IMG/VR virus record: IMGVR_UViG_3300025645_000009
Location: 1-47,370 of that record
DNA: 47,370 nucleotides
Strand: one strand, 5' to 3'
DNA from: a virus
Lineage: Duplodnaviria; Caudoviricetes
Part shown: one piece after another, positions 7,827 through 16,810 of the stretch
How positions within the stretch are numbered: the stretch's first letter is position 1
Layout of the letters: every line of letters begins with the position of its first letter
The notes under the pieces: generated by a model
Seen by the model: the letters and a program-made list of their open reading frames with translations, nothing else
What the model was told of the DNA's origin: nothing
The model's database searches: none
Position numbers and translations under genes: made by a program

Positions 7827-8062
7827 TTGCAGTCCTCCGCTGGCGGGGCTGGCAGCGGCATCCAGTGGGTGGGTTCGAACCATTCCCCTCGCCCGTGCAG
7901 CCAGTCATCGCGTTCCTGCCCCATGAAGTCCGTCACGCGCCCGAAAGCTACATTGACGAGCCGCAGTCGCTGCTTGGCGTAGTCCTCATGGTTGATTCCC
8001 CACAGATCAACCTCAGTCCCATCTTTCGGCGCGGTCTCAATCGGTTGCCATTCGCTCATCAT
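7823..8062 (-). CDS. DUF551-like phage protein
   Basis: WQPIETAPKDGT...PTHWMPLPAPP signature. Confidence 0.85.
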   Translation of the reverse strand: MMSEWQPIETAPKDGTEVDLWGINHEDYAKQRLRLVNVAFGRVTDFMGQERDDWLHGRGEWFEPTHWMPLPAPPAEDCK

Positions 8063-8072
8063 TCACCTCCAA

Positions 8073-8528
8073 TCAAAAATCAATCTCATCATCCATATCG
8101 CGACGACCGCCGCCGCTATCCTGCCCGCCCGAGCTGTTGCCCTGCGAGCCTCGATCATCGCCGCCGCCCGAGCTGTCGCCCTTGCCGCCGAGCAATGTCA
8201 GCGACCCGTTGAACTGCCGCAGCACGATCTCGGTCGTGTAACGATCTGCGCCCGATTGATCCTGCCACTTGCGTGTTTCAAGCTGGCCCTCGATGTAAAC
8301 CGTCGAGCCTTTGCGCAGATACTGCTCTGCGGTCTTGCCAAGCGCCTCGTTGAAAATCGCGACTGAGTGCCATTCAGTGCGCTCCTTGCGTTCGCCGCTT
8401 TGCTTGTCTTTCCACGTCTCCGATGTCGCGAGACTCAGGTTGACCACTTTGCCGCCATTCGGGAGACTGCGCACTTCGGGATCTCGCCCGAGGTTGCCGA
8501 TAATGATCACCTTGTTAACGCCAGCCAT
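8073..8528 (-). CDS. ssb: Single-stranded DNA-binding protein
   Basis: [28 protein letters not shown], acidic tail DDEIDF. Confidence 0.97.
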   Translation of the reverse strand: MAGVNKVIIIGNLGRDPEVRSLPNGGKVVNLSLATSETWKDKQSGERKERTEWHSVAIFNEALGKTAEQYLRKGSTVYIEGQLETRKWQDQSGADRYTTEIVLRQFNGSLTLLGGKGDSSGGGDDRGSQGNSSGGQDSGGGRRDMDDEIDF

Positions 8529-8531
8529 TTT

Positions 8532-8879
8532 CTATCCTTCGATTTTCAGGCGATACCCTTGGCGATACCCCACATTGTCAATTCCAATCCCTGAGCCTTC
8601 CAAGCGTTTGCGCAGTCGGGACAGGCTTACTTTCAGGGCGCTATACATTTGCGTTGGTGAAGGCCCGCCGTCTGGGTCATCCGCATACATTGCATCGAAT
8701 ATCCGATCAGTCTGGACGGGATGCCCTTTGCCCTTCCACACGGCCCGCAGGATGCAGGCTTGGTGCGGGGGGATGTCGTAGTGGTCGATCACGATCTCGA
8801 CCGTAGGAACCGCCACCGGCTGCGCGCAGCATGGGCAGGGGATAGCGTTGTTGATCTCGACCGTCTGCCTCTTGCTCAT
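8532..8879 (-). CDS. OmpR-type winged-helix DNA-binding protein with N-terminal CxxC
   Basis: LKVSLSRLRKRL...IDNVGYRQGYRL. Confidence 0.8.
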   Translation of the reverse strand: MSKRQTVEINNAIPCPCCAQPVAVPTVEIVIDHYDIPPHQACILRAVWKGKGHPVQTDRIFDAMYADDPDGGPSPTQMYSALKVSLSRLRKRLEGSGIGIDNVGYRQGYRLKIEG

Positions 8880-10285
8880 CGGCCTATGCTCCTTTGCTGT
8901 TTTTGCTGGCGAGCCGTCCAGATATGGCCCGCCCACTTCTCCGGTGATTTGTAACCGCGTGCCGTGGCCAGGTTGACCAGATCGGCCAGCGACGAGGCGC
9001 GACCTTGCTCGACGTTTTTGGCCCGCCGCAGTGCTGCGAGATCCACCTCTTCGAGATCACCATCGACCTCATTGACCTCGCGCCCGCCTTCCGCGATCGG
9101 CTTGACGGGGTATTTATGGCCGCAGTCAGGGCAGATCGGCGCGGGATGGTGCGCGGCGCTGCACTCTGGGCATACCGTCATCTCGACATCGCGCTTGTCT
9201 TTTTTCTTGCCGTCCAGCGACCATTCCCGTTCATCGTCTGGGAACCCGAGGCGCACAAGGTTGCCGACCAGATCGAGCAGGATCGCGGGATAGTCTTTTT
9301 TCCGCAGCGCCCGCCCGAGCTGTTGCAGGTGGCGCGCAAGCGATTGCGTTGGAGTGAGCTGCATGACGCACTCGATCGTCACATCACGATCAACCTGCGC
9401 CGCAAGATCGAAGCCCTCGCAGAACAGCGAGCAGTTGAAGATCACCAGCAACTTGCCATCAGCGAAATCGAGGAAGGCTTGCTTGCGCACGTCCTGCGGG
9501 GTCTCGCCATCCAAAGCGATCGAGGGGATGCCGAGGCGGCAGAACTCTTCCGAGTATTCCTTGGCGCGATCGACTGACCGGCAGAACGCGATTGTGCGCA
9601 GACCGTCAGCCCGAGCTCGCCAGTGTTTGGCCGCGTCACGAATGACCGCCCGCCCTTGCTCAAGCTCTTCGATGTCGCCCTTGACGAACTCTCCACCGCG
9701 CACCCGAGCGCCAGAGTAATCGATCAGCCCTTTTGGACAGAAGGCCCTATATGTCGAGAGGTGTTTGTTCTCGATCATCCAGCCCGTCGTTGGCCCCTCG
9801 ACCATTGTATCCCACACGTCACCGAGGGGCTTGCCGTCGAGGCGTTCTGGCGTGCCTGTCAGCCCGATCAGCCGAGCGCCGCTTTCCTTGTAATGCTTGG
9901 CCACCTTGGCCCACCCAGCCGCCGCAGAGAGGTGAGCCTCATCCACGAAAATGAAGTCAGCTTTGATGCGACCGAGGCGGTTTGCGAGCGTGGCGATCGA
10001 GGCGACATAGACGCGGTGCAGGGGGTTATAGTGCAAGCCCGAGGCGATATAGCTGAAGGGGATGCCGAAGGCCGAGAATGTCTTGGCCGTTTGCGTCAGC
10101 AGATCCACGCGATGCACACAGAAGATCACCCGCTTGCCAGCGTTGAACAGCGACTGGATCAGCGCCGCCGCCAGCACGGTCTTGCCAGCGCCAGTTGGCA
10201 GCACGCAGAGGACAGCCGTTGACCCGCGCAGAGCCACGCGCAGCTTGACCCGAGCCTCTTCCTGATAGTTGCGCAGGCTGATCAT
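8876..10285 (-). CDS. SF2 (DEAH) helicase with C-terminal zinc ribbon
   Basis: LRNYQ, PTGAGKT, DEAH, TGTP, EGFD, QQLGRALR, two CxxC. Confidence 0.93.
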   Translation of the reverse strand: MISLRNYQEEARVKLRVALRGSTAVLCVLPTGAGKTVLAAALIQSLFNAGKRVIFCVHRVDLLTQTAKTFSAFGIPFSYIASGLHYNPLHRVYVASIATLANRLGRIKADFIFVDEAHLSAAAGWAKVAKHYKESGARLIGLTGTPERLDGKPLGDVWDTMVEGPTTGWMIENKHLSTYRAFCPKGLIDYSGARVRGGEFVKGDIEELEQGRAVIRDAAKHWRARADGLRTIAFCRSVDRAKEYSEEFCRLGIPSIALDGETPQDVRKQAFLDFADGKLLVIFNCSLFCEGFDLAAQVDRDVTIECVMQLTPTQSLARHLQQLGRALRKKDYPAILLDLVGNLVRLGFPDDEREWSLDGKKKDKRDVEMTVCPECSAAHHPAPICPDCGHKYPVKPIAEGGREVNEVDGDLEEVDLAALRRAKNVEQGRASSLADLVNLATARGYKSPEKWAGHIWTARQQKQQRSIGR

Positions 10286-10497
10286 TTACGCCCCGCAATA
10301 GCTTTGCGGATTGCAGGCTCGTGCATGGCCATCAGGTTAAGCCGCCGCTGAAGGTTCAGCAGTTCGGAAACCGTGGCGCTATCGACTTTCATCCATGTAT
10401 CTTTTGCCGTCGTGCCGTCGCGCATGGTTGTGCGGGATACGATCAGCCCGAGCAGATCGGCTTGCTGGGATAGGCTCATAGGCCCCTCAGCACTCAT
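10282..10497 (-). CDS. Hypothetical protein
   Basis: ATGA overlaps with both neighbours. Confidence 0.7.
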   Translation of the reverse strand: MSAEGPMSLSQQADLLGLIVSRTTMRDGTTAKDTWMKVDSATVSELLNLQRRLNLMAMHEPAIRKAIAGRK

Positions 10498-10718
10498 TTG
10501 ATGTCAGGCGTTAAATCCGCCGCGTCAATTTTCACACCGCGCTCTTTAGCCAGCCGAATGATGTCGGCTTGATCATTGCCGCTGATCAGGCCGCGCTCAT
10601 CACGAACCGCCAGCGAGATCTTGGAGCGATGCCGACCGAGACCGCGGGCGAGCGCGTTCTGCGAAAGCTCGAACTTGGCAAAGACTTTCTGCCAGGGGGT
10701 CATCTTGGGGTTTTCCAA
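10494..10718 (-). CDS. Cro-like HTH regulator
   Basis: SQNALARGLGRHRSKIS HTH; divergent from the repressor gene. Confidence 0.8.
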   Translation of the reverse strand: MENPKMTPWQKVFAKFELSQNALARGLGRHRSKISLAVRDERGLISGNDQADIIRLAKERGVKIDAADLTPDIK

Positions 10719-10735
10719 TTTTCAATCCTATTAGT

Positions 10736-10827
10736 GCTGCGATTTTCACAACAATACGTTGAGCCTTTCACAACGTCAACAGGCAATCCACCCCGCGCCA
10801 CTTGCCTGACGTTGTGAGATATGCAAC
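10736..10827. promoter_or_regulatory. Lysis/lysogeny switch: three 17-bp operators (10736, 10758, 10811) and leftward promoter TTGACG-17-TATTGT
   Basis: gctgcgattttcacaac, gttgagcctttcacaac, gttgtgagatatgcaac between divergent HTH genes. Confidence 0.8.
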
Positions 10828-10851
10828 ATCGCCAAATCCACGGAGGCAGAC

Positions 10852-11478
10852 ATGACCGACACCACGATCGACAAGAAATGGTTCCTCACGCGCCTTGAGG
10901 ACCAGAACTTGTCCCTACGGGGGCTCGCGAAACAGATCGACATGGACCCATCAGCACTCAGCAGAACTCTGTCAGGTCAGCGTAAAATGCAGCTAGAAGA
11001 AGCCAAGGAAATCGCCCGCTTTCTACACGCCCCAGTTACAGAGGTGATGCGCCATGCTGGCGTGTCTGTCGATCTGGACGGATTGCCCACGCGAATATTG
11101 CTCGCAGCCTCGATCGACAAGGCGGGTCATGTGCATGGCCTGGCCGACCCCGCCCGCTTGCCGCAAGCCGTGATCGACAAGGCTCAGGCCGCGATCAGCC
11201 GCGCAGGCAACGCCCGTGTCATTGCCGCGCAGATCAGATCCAGCGAGGGGCCACTGTCATTCTGGGATGATGCCGTCGCGCTATTCGCCGCCACCGATCG
11301 CGTTGAGCCTGACGCCATAGGCTCGCTTGCGATATGCCGAACGATGGACGGCAGGCAGGCGATCGTCAAAGTCCTGCGCGCTCGCAAGACGGGAGAGGCC
11401 ACAGTGCAGTGCGTTGGTGGTGGCACGATCGAGGTCATGCTCCAGACCGCCGCGCCGGTGATCGCGATTATTCCCTGA
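10852..11478 (+). CDS. CI-like repressor (N-terminal HTH, divergent S24-like C-terminal domain)
   Basis: LSLRGLAKQIDMDPSALSRTLSGQRKM; GGAGG RBS. Confidence 0.88.
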   Translation: MTDTTIDKKWFLTRLEDQNLSLRGLAKQIDMDPSALSRTLSGQRKMQLEEAKEIARFLHAPVTEVMRHAGVSVDLDGLPTRILLAASIDKAGHVHGLADPARLPQAVIDKAQAAISRAGNARVIAAQIRSSEGPLSFWDDAVALFAATDRVEPDAIGSLAICRTMDGRQAIVKVLRARKTGEATVQCVGGGTIEVMLQTAAPVIAIIP

Positions 11479-11495
11479 AATTCTGAAATTCAGTA

Positions 11496-11539
11496 TTGAC
11501 GCCGTTTCCTGTTGCGCATAACGTTGTGAAATAGACAAC
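11496..11539 (+). promoter_or_regulatory. Promoter TTGACG-17-TAACGT with overlapping operator 11523-11539
   Basis: gttgtgaaatagacaac overlaps the -10 element upstream of the recombination genes. Confidence 0.75.
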
Positions 11540-11563
11540 ACGAACCGCAACGGGAAACACAAC

Positions 11564-12430
11564 ATGACCGAGACCACCGCATCAGCGAACACGAACATTC
11601 GGCCAGGCATTTACAAGGGGATGAGCAACGAGGCTTACCACTCAGGCCCTGGCATTTCCAAATCTGGCCTTTGGACGATCCACACCAAGACGCCCGCTCA
11701 CTACAAATATGCAGTGCGCAAAGAGACAAACGCCTTTGACTTTGGCGAAGCAGCGCACCTTGCAATCCTTGAGCCAGACGCATTTGAGACCAAGGTCTAT
11801 CGCGGACCAGACGATCGGCGCGGCAACAAGTGGAAAGACGCGCAGGAGTTTTGCGAGCTTGAGGGCAAGCTGATCTTGACCTCTGGCGATTACGACAAGG
11901 TGCTGGGTATCCGCGACGCCGTTCATGCCGACGCATGGATCAACTCGATCATCACCGGCGGCAAGCCTGTCATCGAGGCATCGGCTTACTGGGAAGATGC
12001 AGAGACTGGCGTTCTGTGCCGTTGCCGTCCAGACCTTTACCGCGCCGATCTGAAAGTCATCCTCGACGTTAAATCGACCGTGAGCGCAGGCGCCGACGAC
12101 TTCGCAAAGTCGGTGATCAACTATGGCTATCACACGCAGGAAGCATTTTACACGGATGGTTGGCGCGCTGTTGGCCAGCAGGTCGATGCATTTGTATTCC
12201 TCGCTTGGGAAAAGGACTTCACCAGCGCCAAGGCTGTCTATGAGTTGCCGCCCGCGATCGTCGATGAAGGCCGCGAGATCGCCCGCCTTGCCCTCAGCAC
12301 CTATGCCGCGAGCCAGTCGTCGCAGGAATGGCCAGCCTATCCCGATGGCGTGCAGGAATTGGCGTTCCCAAAATGGGCATACAAGCACACGCCAGCGCCG
12401 ACCGTGTTGGACGGCGAGGCGGCAGCTTGA
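11564..12430 (+). CDS. RecE/exonuclease VIII-like PD-(D/E)XK nuclease (DUF3799-like)
   Basis: YH...ISKSGL, CRCRPD, DVKST, YGYHTQEAFY. Confidence 0.9.
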   Translation: MTETTASANTNIRPGIYKGMSNEAYHSGPGISKSGLWTIHTKTPAHYKYAVRKETNAFDFGEAAHLAILEPDAFETKVYRGPDDRRGNKWKDAQEFCELEGKLILTSGDYDKVLGIRDAVHADAWINSIITGGKPVIEASAYWEDAETGVLCRCRPDLYRADLKVILDVKSTVSAGADDFAKSVINYGYHTQEAFYTDGWRAVGQQVDAFVFLAWEKDFTSAKAVYELPPAIVDEGREIARLALSTYAASQSSQEWPAYPDGVQELAFPKWAYKHTPAPTVLDGEAAA

Positions 12431-12597
12431 GCGAGATCCGCCTCGAAGCACAAAGATTTTGGAACGCGGCGATCTTTATCCGCCGCGCCCCAGACAGGGA
12501 TCAGTCGATCGCGGTCAAGATTATTGAGCGCACCGCCCGATCGAAACACAAACCATTGCGTGAGCGCGCAATCCAAATCCTGAAGGAAGTCCAATGA
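12427..12597 (+). CDS. Small hypothetical protein (56 aa, TTG start)
   Basis: Fills the gap with 4-nt overlaps at both ends. Confidence 0.5.
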   Translation: MSEIRLEAQRFWNAAIFIRRAPDRDQSIAVKIIERTARSKHKPLRERAIQILKEVQ

Positions 12598-13523
12598 GCG
12601 AGAACCTACCCACCACCGAGCGCAAGCCGATGACGTTGCGCGACCGGCTGTCGAGCATGACGCCAGAATTTTCCAAGGCCCTGCCCGCGCATATCCCGCC
12701 AGAGAAATTCGTTCGCACCGTTCAGACCGCCGTGCAGATGAACCCCGATATTTCCGAGGCGTGCAAGACCCGCACGGGCGTTCAGTCCCTGATGGCCGCT
12801 TGCACCAAGGCCGCGACAGATGGCCTGATCTTGGACGGTCGCGAGGCAGCACTTGTGACGTTCAACTCGAAAGTCACCGAGAAAGGCCAGCCCGACCGCT
12901 GGGAAAAACAGATCCAATATATCCCGATGGTCGCTGGACTGATGAAGAAGGCGCGCAACTCTGGCCAGATCGCCAGCATCGCGGCGCACCTTGTCTATGA
13001 AAAGGACGACTTCAGCTATGTCCTTGGCGACGAGGAAAAGATCGTTCACCAGCCCAAGTTTGGCGATCGTGGCCGTGCTGTTGCGGTTTACGCAATCGTC
13101 AAACTCAAGGATGGTTCAGTGCAGCGCGAAGTCATGGACCGCTCGCAGGTGATCGCGATCGGCGCGCAAGGCCGCAACGGGTTTCAGTATGACCCAGAGA
13201 AGGGCAAGAATTTTGGCGAGTGGTGGCGCAAGACCGTCATCCGCCGCATCTCGAAATACCTGCCCAGCAGCTCAGACCGTGACGAGTTCTTGCAGGCAGT
13301 GGCGCGGATTGACGACGACTATGATTTTGACGCCACGGACGGCGGTGAGATCGAGCCAGCGCAAGAGCCGAAGAAGCGCCGCGGTGCAGGTGCAGCAGCG
13401 TTGAAGGACGTGACCCCGACCCAGAAGCAGGAAGAGCATCGCGAAGAGCCGCCGCATGACCCGCAGACTGGCGAGATCATTGACGGCGACGTGACCGACA
13501 AGCAGCCAGGGGATGACATCTGA
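12594..13523 (+). CDS. recT: RecT-family single-strand annealing protein
   Basis: KALPAHI, EAALVTF, VYEKDDF, RKTVIRRISKYLP; paired with the exonuclease. Confidence 0.92.
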   Translation: MSENLPTTERKPMTLRDRLSSMTPEFSKALPAHIPPEKFVRTVQTAVQMNPDISEACKTRTGVQSLMAACTKAATDGLILDGREAALVTFNSKVTEKGQPDRWEKQIQYIPMVAGLMKKARNSGQIASIAAHLVYEKDDFSYVLGDEEKIVHQPKFGDRGRAVAVYAIVKLKDGSVQREVMDRSQVIAIGAQGRNGFQYDPEKGKNFGEWWRKTVIRRISKYLPSSSDRDEFLQAVARIDDDYDFDATDGGEIEPAQEPKKRRGAGAAALKDVTPTQKQEEHREEPPHDPQTGEIIDGDVTDKQPGDDI

Positions 13524-13717
13524 TGGCTGTCCCGAGCTTCAGCCGCATCGAGATCAGGCACGACACGCTGACCGATGTATTCCGCGCCGCCAACCACCTA
13601 CAAGGGCTGTCGAGCCAGCTACTCCACCTGCACGCGACCATTGCAGACAAAGACCTGTTGCGGCTTGCGGTTCACTCCGCAATTCGCGAGACATCCACAA
13701 AACTGAGAGGGAATTAA
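13523..13717 (+). CDS. Hypothetical protein
   Basis: TGATG coupling to recT. Confidence 0.6.
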   Translation: MAVPSFSRIEIRHDTLTDVFRAANHLQGLSSQLLHLHATIADKDLLRLAVHSAIRETSTKLRGN

Positions 13718-13719
13718 TC

Positions 13720-14064
13720 ATGGCTAAAAATCAAACCGGCATTGCGATCACGATCAAGGCGTTTCTGCCCATCGGCAAGACCGTGCCAGAGCAGCTTGCG
13801 GCGCTGACGATGGTGCAGACCGCGCATGAGACGGGCGACTATGCCGAGGTCTTGAAGGCCGCGAAGGTTGACGAGGTGAAGTCCGAGCAGAAAACCCGCC
13901 GCGTCGAGGAAGAGGTCAAGCCAGAGCCAGAGCCGGAAGCAGATCCAGACTTCGATGACCTTGATGAAACAATCTCTGATGTCTGGATTGGCGACGATGC
14001 CGACGACGGGATTGACAACGAGTTTGGCGACGACGACATCATCCCGAGCCAAGCAGCGGAATAA
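13720..14064 (+). CDS. Hypothetical protein with very acidic C-terminal tail
   Basis: GAGAGGG RBS; D/E-rich last ~50 aa. Confidence 0.75.
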   Translation: MAKNQTGIAITIKAFLPIGKTVPEQLAALTMVQTAHETGDYAEVLKAAKVDEVKSEQKTRRVEEEVKPEPEPEADPDFDDLDETISDVWIGDDADDGIDNEFGDDDIIPSQAAE

Positions 14065-14090
14065 GAGAGGGGGCAGCAATGCCCCTTTAC
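14065..14090. terminator. Hairpin between convergent operons
   Basis: aggggca-gca-atgcccct-like stem-loop. Confidence 0.5.
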
Positions 14091-14449
14091 CGTTTCAGTC
14101 GATCGACACCGATCACCCCGAAGATCGACACGACCACCAGCCCCGCCCATTCATCCAGAGGCGCAGGCAGCGCAGCGATCGACCACTCTGCGGGATAGGC
14201 GCACCGAGCGCACCAGATCAGCGAATAGAGCAGCACGCCGCCCCACCATATGGCCAGAGGCACGGCGAACATGAGCATCAGCGCAAACCCGCCAGAGCGC
14301 ATCCAGTCAGACCGCTGGCGATACGCCTCATTGATGATCGAGGCTTTGATGGCTTCGCGATCAGTGCCAGCGTCGATCCTCTTGTCAACCGTGTCCAGCA
14401 CCCGATCGAGGACGCTACCGGTCAGCCAGCCGAGCAGCGCCTTGATCAT
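14087..14449 (-). CDS. Putative holin-like membrane protein (GTA 3TM-holin-like)
   Basis: Hydrophobic helices; end of the late operon. Confidence 0.6.
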   Translation of the reverse strand: MIKALLGWLTGSVLDRVLDTVDKRIDAGTDREAIKASIINEAYRQRSDWMRSGGFALMLMFAVPLAIWWGGVLLYSLIWCARCAYPAEWSIAALPAPLDEWAGLVVVSIFGVIGVDRLKR

Positions 14450-14667
14450 GTCGCCCACGCGAACCGCTTGGCCAGACGCCACCAGATGAAGGCACCGAGG
14501 CCGAGGACAGCGCCGATCGCTTGGCCTGCAATGTCAGAAATCAGGTTGATCATGGCGGGATCTTTGGTGAACATATCGACGATCGGAATAGGGATGCCGC
14601 GAGACACCATCCACGTCGAAAGGCAATACATCGCAATGCGAATAAGGGGCATGAGGTCAGAGGTCAT
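14446..14667 (-). CDS. Putative 2-TM holin
   Basis: Two hydrophobic segments, basic C-terminus, AGGAG RBS. Confidence 0.6.
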   Translation of the reverse strand: MTSDLMPLIRIAMYCLSTWMVSRGIPIPIVDMFTKDPAMINLISDIAGQAIGAVLGLGAFIWWRLAKRFAWAT

Positions 14668-14713
14668 AGCAAGCTCCTGTTGAAGCCTCACAATATGCCT
14701 CGGATGGTTGCCG

Positions 14714-15046
14714 TTATTGCCTGCGCGCCGACAGAGCGATCAGTTGATGTTCTACCGTCCGAGCCACGCCAAGGATGTCGCGAGCATTGCGGTCGATGTT
14801 ACCGATTGATGCGCTCGCCCCCTCGATACGCCGCAGCCCTTCCTCGATCGCCTTGCATTGCCGATCCATTGAAGCGGTGTTGTCATCGATGGACTTCTTG
14901 AGGACCGCGAGCTGCGACGGCCCCTCGCCCTCTTTGGTTTCCTTACGGCCCCGCACGATTGCCACGCCGCCGATTGCAGCGATCAGGGTCGAGATGGCGC
15001 CGATCATCAGGCCGAATTGTTCAGCAAAGCTAGCGTCAGGTTGCAT
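14714..15046 (-). CDS. Single-TM protein with helical soluble tail (lysis-region protein)
   Basis: GGAGG RBS; N-terminal hydrophobic helix. Confidence 0.6.
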   Translation of the reverse strand: MQPDASFAEQFGLMIGAISTLIAAIGGVAIVRGRKETKEGEGPSQLAVLKKSIDDNTASMDRQCKAIEEGLRRIEGASASIGNIDRNARDILGVARTVEHQLIALSARRQ

Positions 15047-15449
15047 TGCGAACCTCCAATGCGTGGACGCAATCTTTGACCGCGTAAAATATGCAAATGA
15101 GAGCAGCCGAACACATCGCGCCGCCATATGTAAAAGTTGCCGATGAGGGCCAATATTCAGTTAAAAATCCGACAGCGAGAAAGGCATAGCACATTGAGTT
15201 GATCACCAGCATCAGCACGCGGGCGAAGGGCGTCCACCACCGACTACCATTGACGTAGAGCGAGGTCAGGTGAGCAAGTCCGGTTGTAGCGAAGAGCGAG
15301 CCCCATTGAGGTTCAGATAGCCAATAGAGAAGCCGCGCATAGGCTGGCGTTGACATGCTCGCCCAGGGCAGCAGCATCCAGAGCCCGAGGCCAAGAGTTG
15401 ACCCCGCGAACCACCATTCCATTCGCCGCCGTTCAAATGGTGTGTGCAT
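15036..15449 (-). CDS. Four-TM membrane protein
   Basis: Four hydrophobic stretches. Confidence 0.65.
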   Translation of the reverse strand: MHTPFERRRMEWWFAGSTLGLGLWMLLPWASMSTPAYARLLYWLSEPQWGSLFATTGLAHLTSLYVNGSRWWTPFARVLMLVINSMCYAFLAVGFLTEYWPSSATFTYGGAMCSAALICIFYAVKDCVHALEVRNAT

Positions 15450-15529
15450 AGTCTGATTTCTGCATGATGACGCCCTGATTTTCTAGGACGCTACACAACA
15501 GAAGGTTGCGAGGCTCTTATAGCCGCAGC

Positions 15530-16297
15530 CTAAAACAGCGCCGCACGACGCAGCAGCGTGATTGTGCCCGCGTCGATGTTGCCGCTTTCCCAGCGGAACC
15601 GAGCGCGAAGGATTTTCTGCGCTGGCGAGACCGTCACCGCGTCAATTCCAACTGTATCACCCGTGCGCGCAAATGACCGCCTGACAATATGATTTGCGGT
15701 CACACGCCGAGGCCAGATCCATTCGATCATGCCAGAGCCGATTTGAGATGCGGTGGCGATGTTGTCCCCAAGGTCATCATCGGTCAGATAGCTCGCGCTT
15801 GTTTCCAGATAATTGCCGACCATGAACTCGCCAGGCGTTGCACCCGTGCTAGACACGCCCTCGATCAGCGCCATGTATTGCCAGCCGTCCACGAAGTCGG
15901 GCGTGATCACCGAGGCGACAGTCCCGTTGACCGAATAGTTGTAAATGATGCCTGTCGCCCCATCGCCAGCCGCCGCCATGTCATAGGGATGCCACGCATA
16001 TTTGAACGCCCCGCCGCTGGGATCTGACCAAGCACCATCAGCGCGCAGGTAATTCACCACCCCGCCGCCCGATGCAGGCGCGAGACCCTTGGCGCCAGTC
16101 GTGAAGGTGTTGAGGATGCCGGTTGCCTGCGCCGCCGTGAGATCTTCAGGCGATCCGTCACCAGCCGTCACGCGCCCCTTGAGGCGAGCCGTTGGCATAT
16201 CGGCAAGGCTGTCGTTGGCGATGTCAGAGACCGCGCCGCCCATGCCCGCGAGCGTTGATGTCAGGCCGTCCACCATAGTCATCGGTATGCGCTTCAT
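15530..16297 (-). CDS. Secondary tail fibre/receptor-binding-like protein
   Basis: KGRVTAGDGSPEDLT...GLAPASGGG..YLRADGAW fibre-type motif; AGGAGG RBS. Confidence 0.6.
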   Translation of the reverse strand: MKRIPMTMVDGLTSTLAGMGGAVSDIANDSLADMPTARLKGRVTAGDGSPEDLTAAQATGILNTFTTGAKGLAPASGGGVVNYLRADGAWSDPSGGAFKYAWHPYDMAAAGDGATGIIYNYSVNGTVASVITPDFVDGWQYMALIEGVSSTGATPGEFMVGNYLETSASYLTDDDLGDNIATASQIGSGMIEWIWPRRVTANHIVRRSFARTGDTVGIDAVTVSPAQKILRARFRWESGNIDAGTITLLRRAALF

Positions 16298-16366
16298 GGT
16301 TTTCCCTCCTAGAAAAACAAAGGCCACGCTAGTCTAAAGCGTGGCCCATGAAGGTTTCATGATAAA

Positions 16367-16810
16367 CTAGGCCTTGATCTTTGCCGCCGCGATGAATAGT
16401 GCAGTTTTTTCATCTTGCGAAATGTCCATGAGGTAACAAAACAGCTCTATATTTTCGCTGTTAAATTCCCAATCTGCTGCGCTGTCGATCACAACGCGCT
16501 CACTCCAAGTCGCGTAATTATCGCGGTAATCAAGAACCGCATTCCAACGAGCCTCACCTAGCGCCAAGATGCCCTGCATTTTACTGATGTAATCGGGGAC
16601 AATATCTACTGGGGGGCTGTAAACGTAGGAGGCAATGCCCGCATCTTCGCGCATCTGATCCAATAGCTCGCTATTGTTTATCGTCGCATCGGTATCTGCT
16701 GGGTCTAACGTGTATGGTATCCACCCATAAACAGGATGTTTAATCTCGCAGTCTACCCGAGATGATCCGTCTGTGGCGTTATCAATGTATTTTGCGTTGC
16801 GGTATTCCAT
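16367..16810 (-). CDS. Tail fibre assembly chaperone-like protein
   Basis: DCEIKHPVYGWIPYT motif; directly after the fibre gene. Confidence 0.7.
   Translation of the reverse strand: MEYRNAKYIDNATDGSSRVDCEIKHPVYGWIPYTLDPADTDATINNSELLDQMREDAGIASYVYSPPVDIVPDYISKMQGILALGEARWNAVLDYRDNYATWSERVVIDSAADWEFNSENIELFCYLMDISQDEKTALFIAAAKIKA

Noticed and set aside
10736-10827. Host LexA (SOS) boxes
   Set aside because: The motif is an inverted GTTG-N9-CAAC, not the alphaproteobacterial GTTC-N7-GTTC or the CTGT-N8-ACAG box
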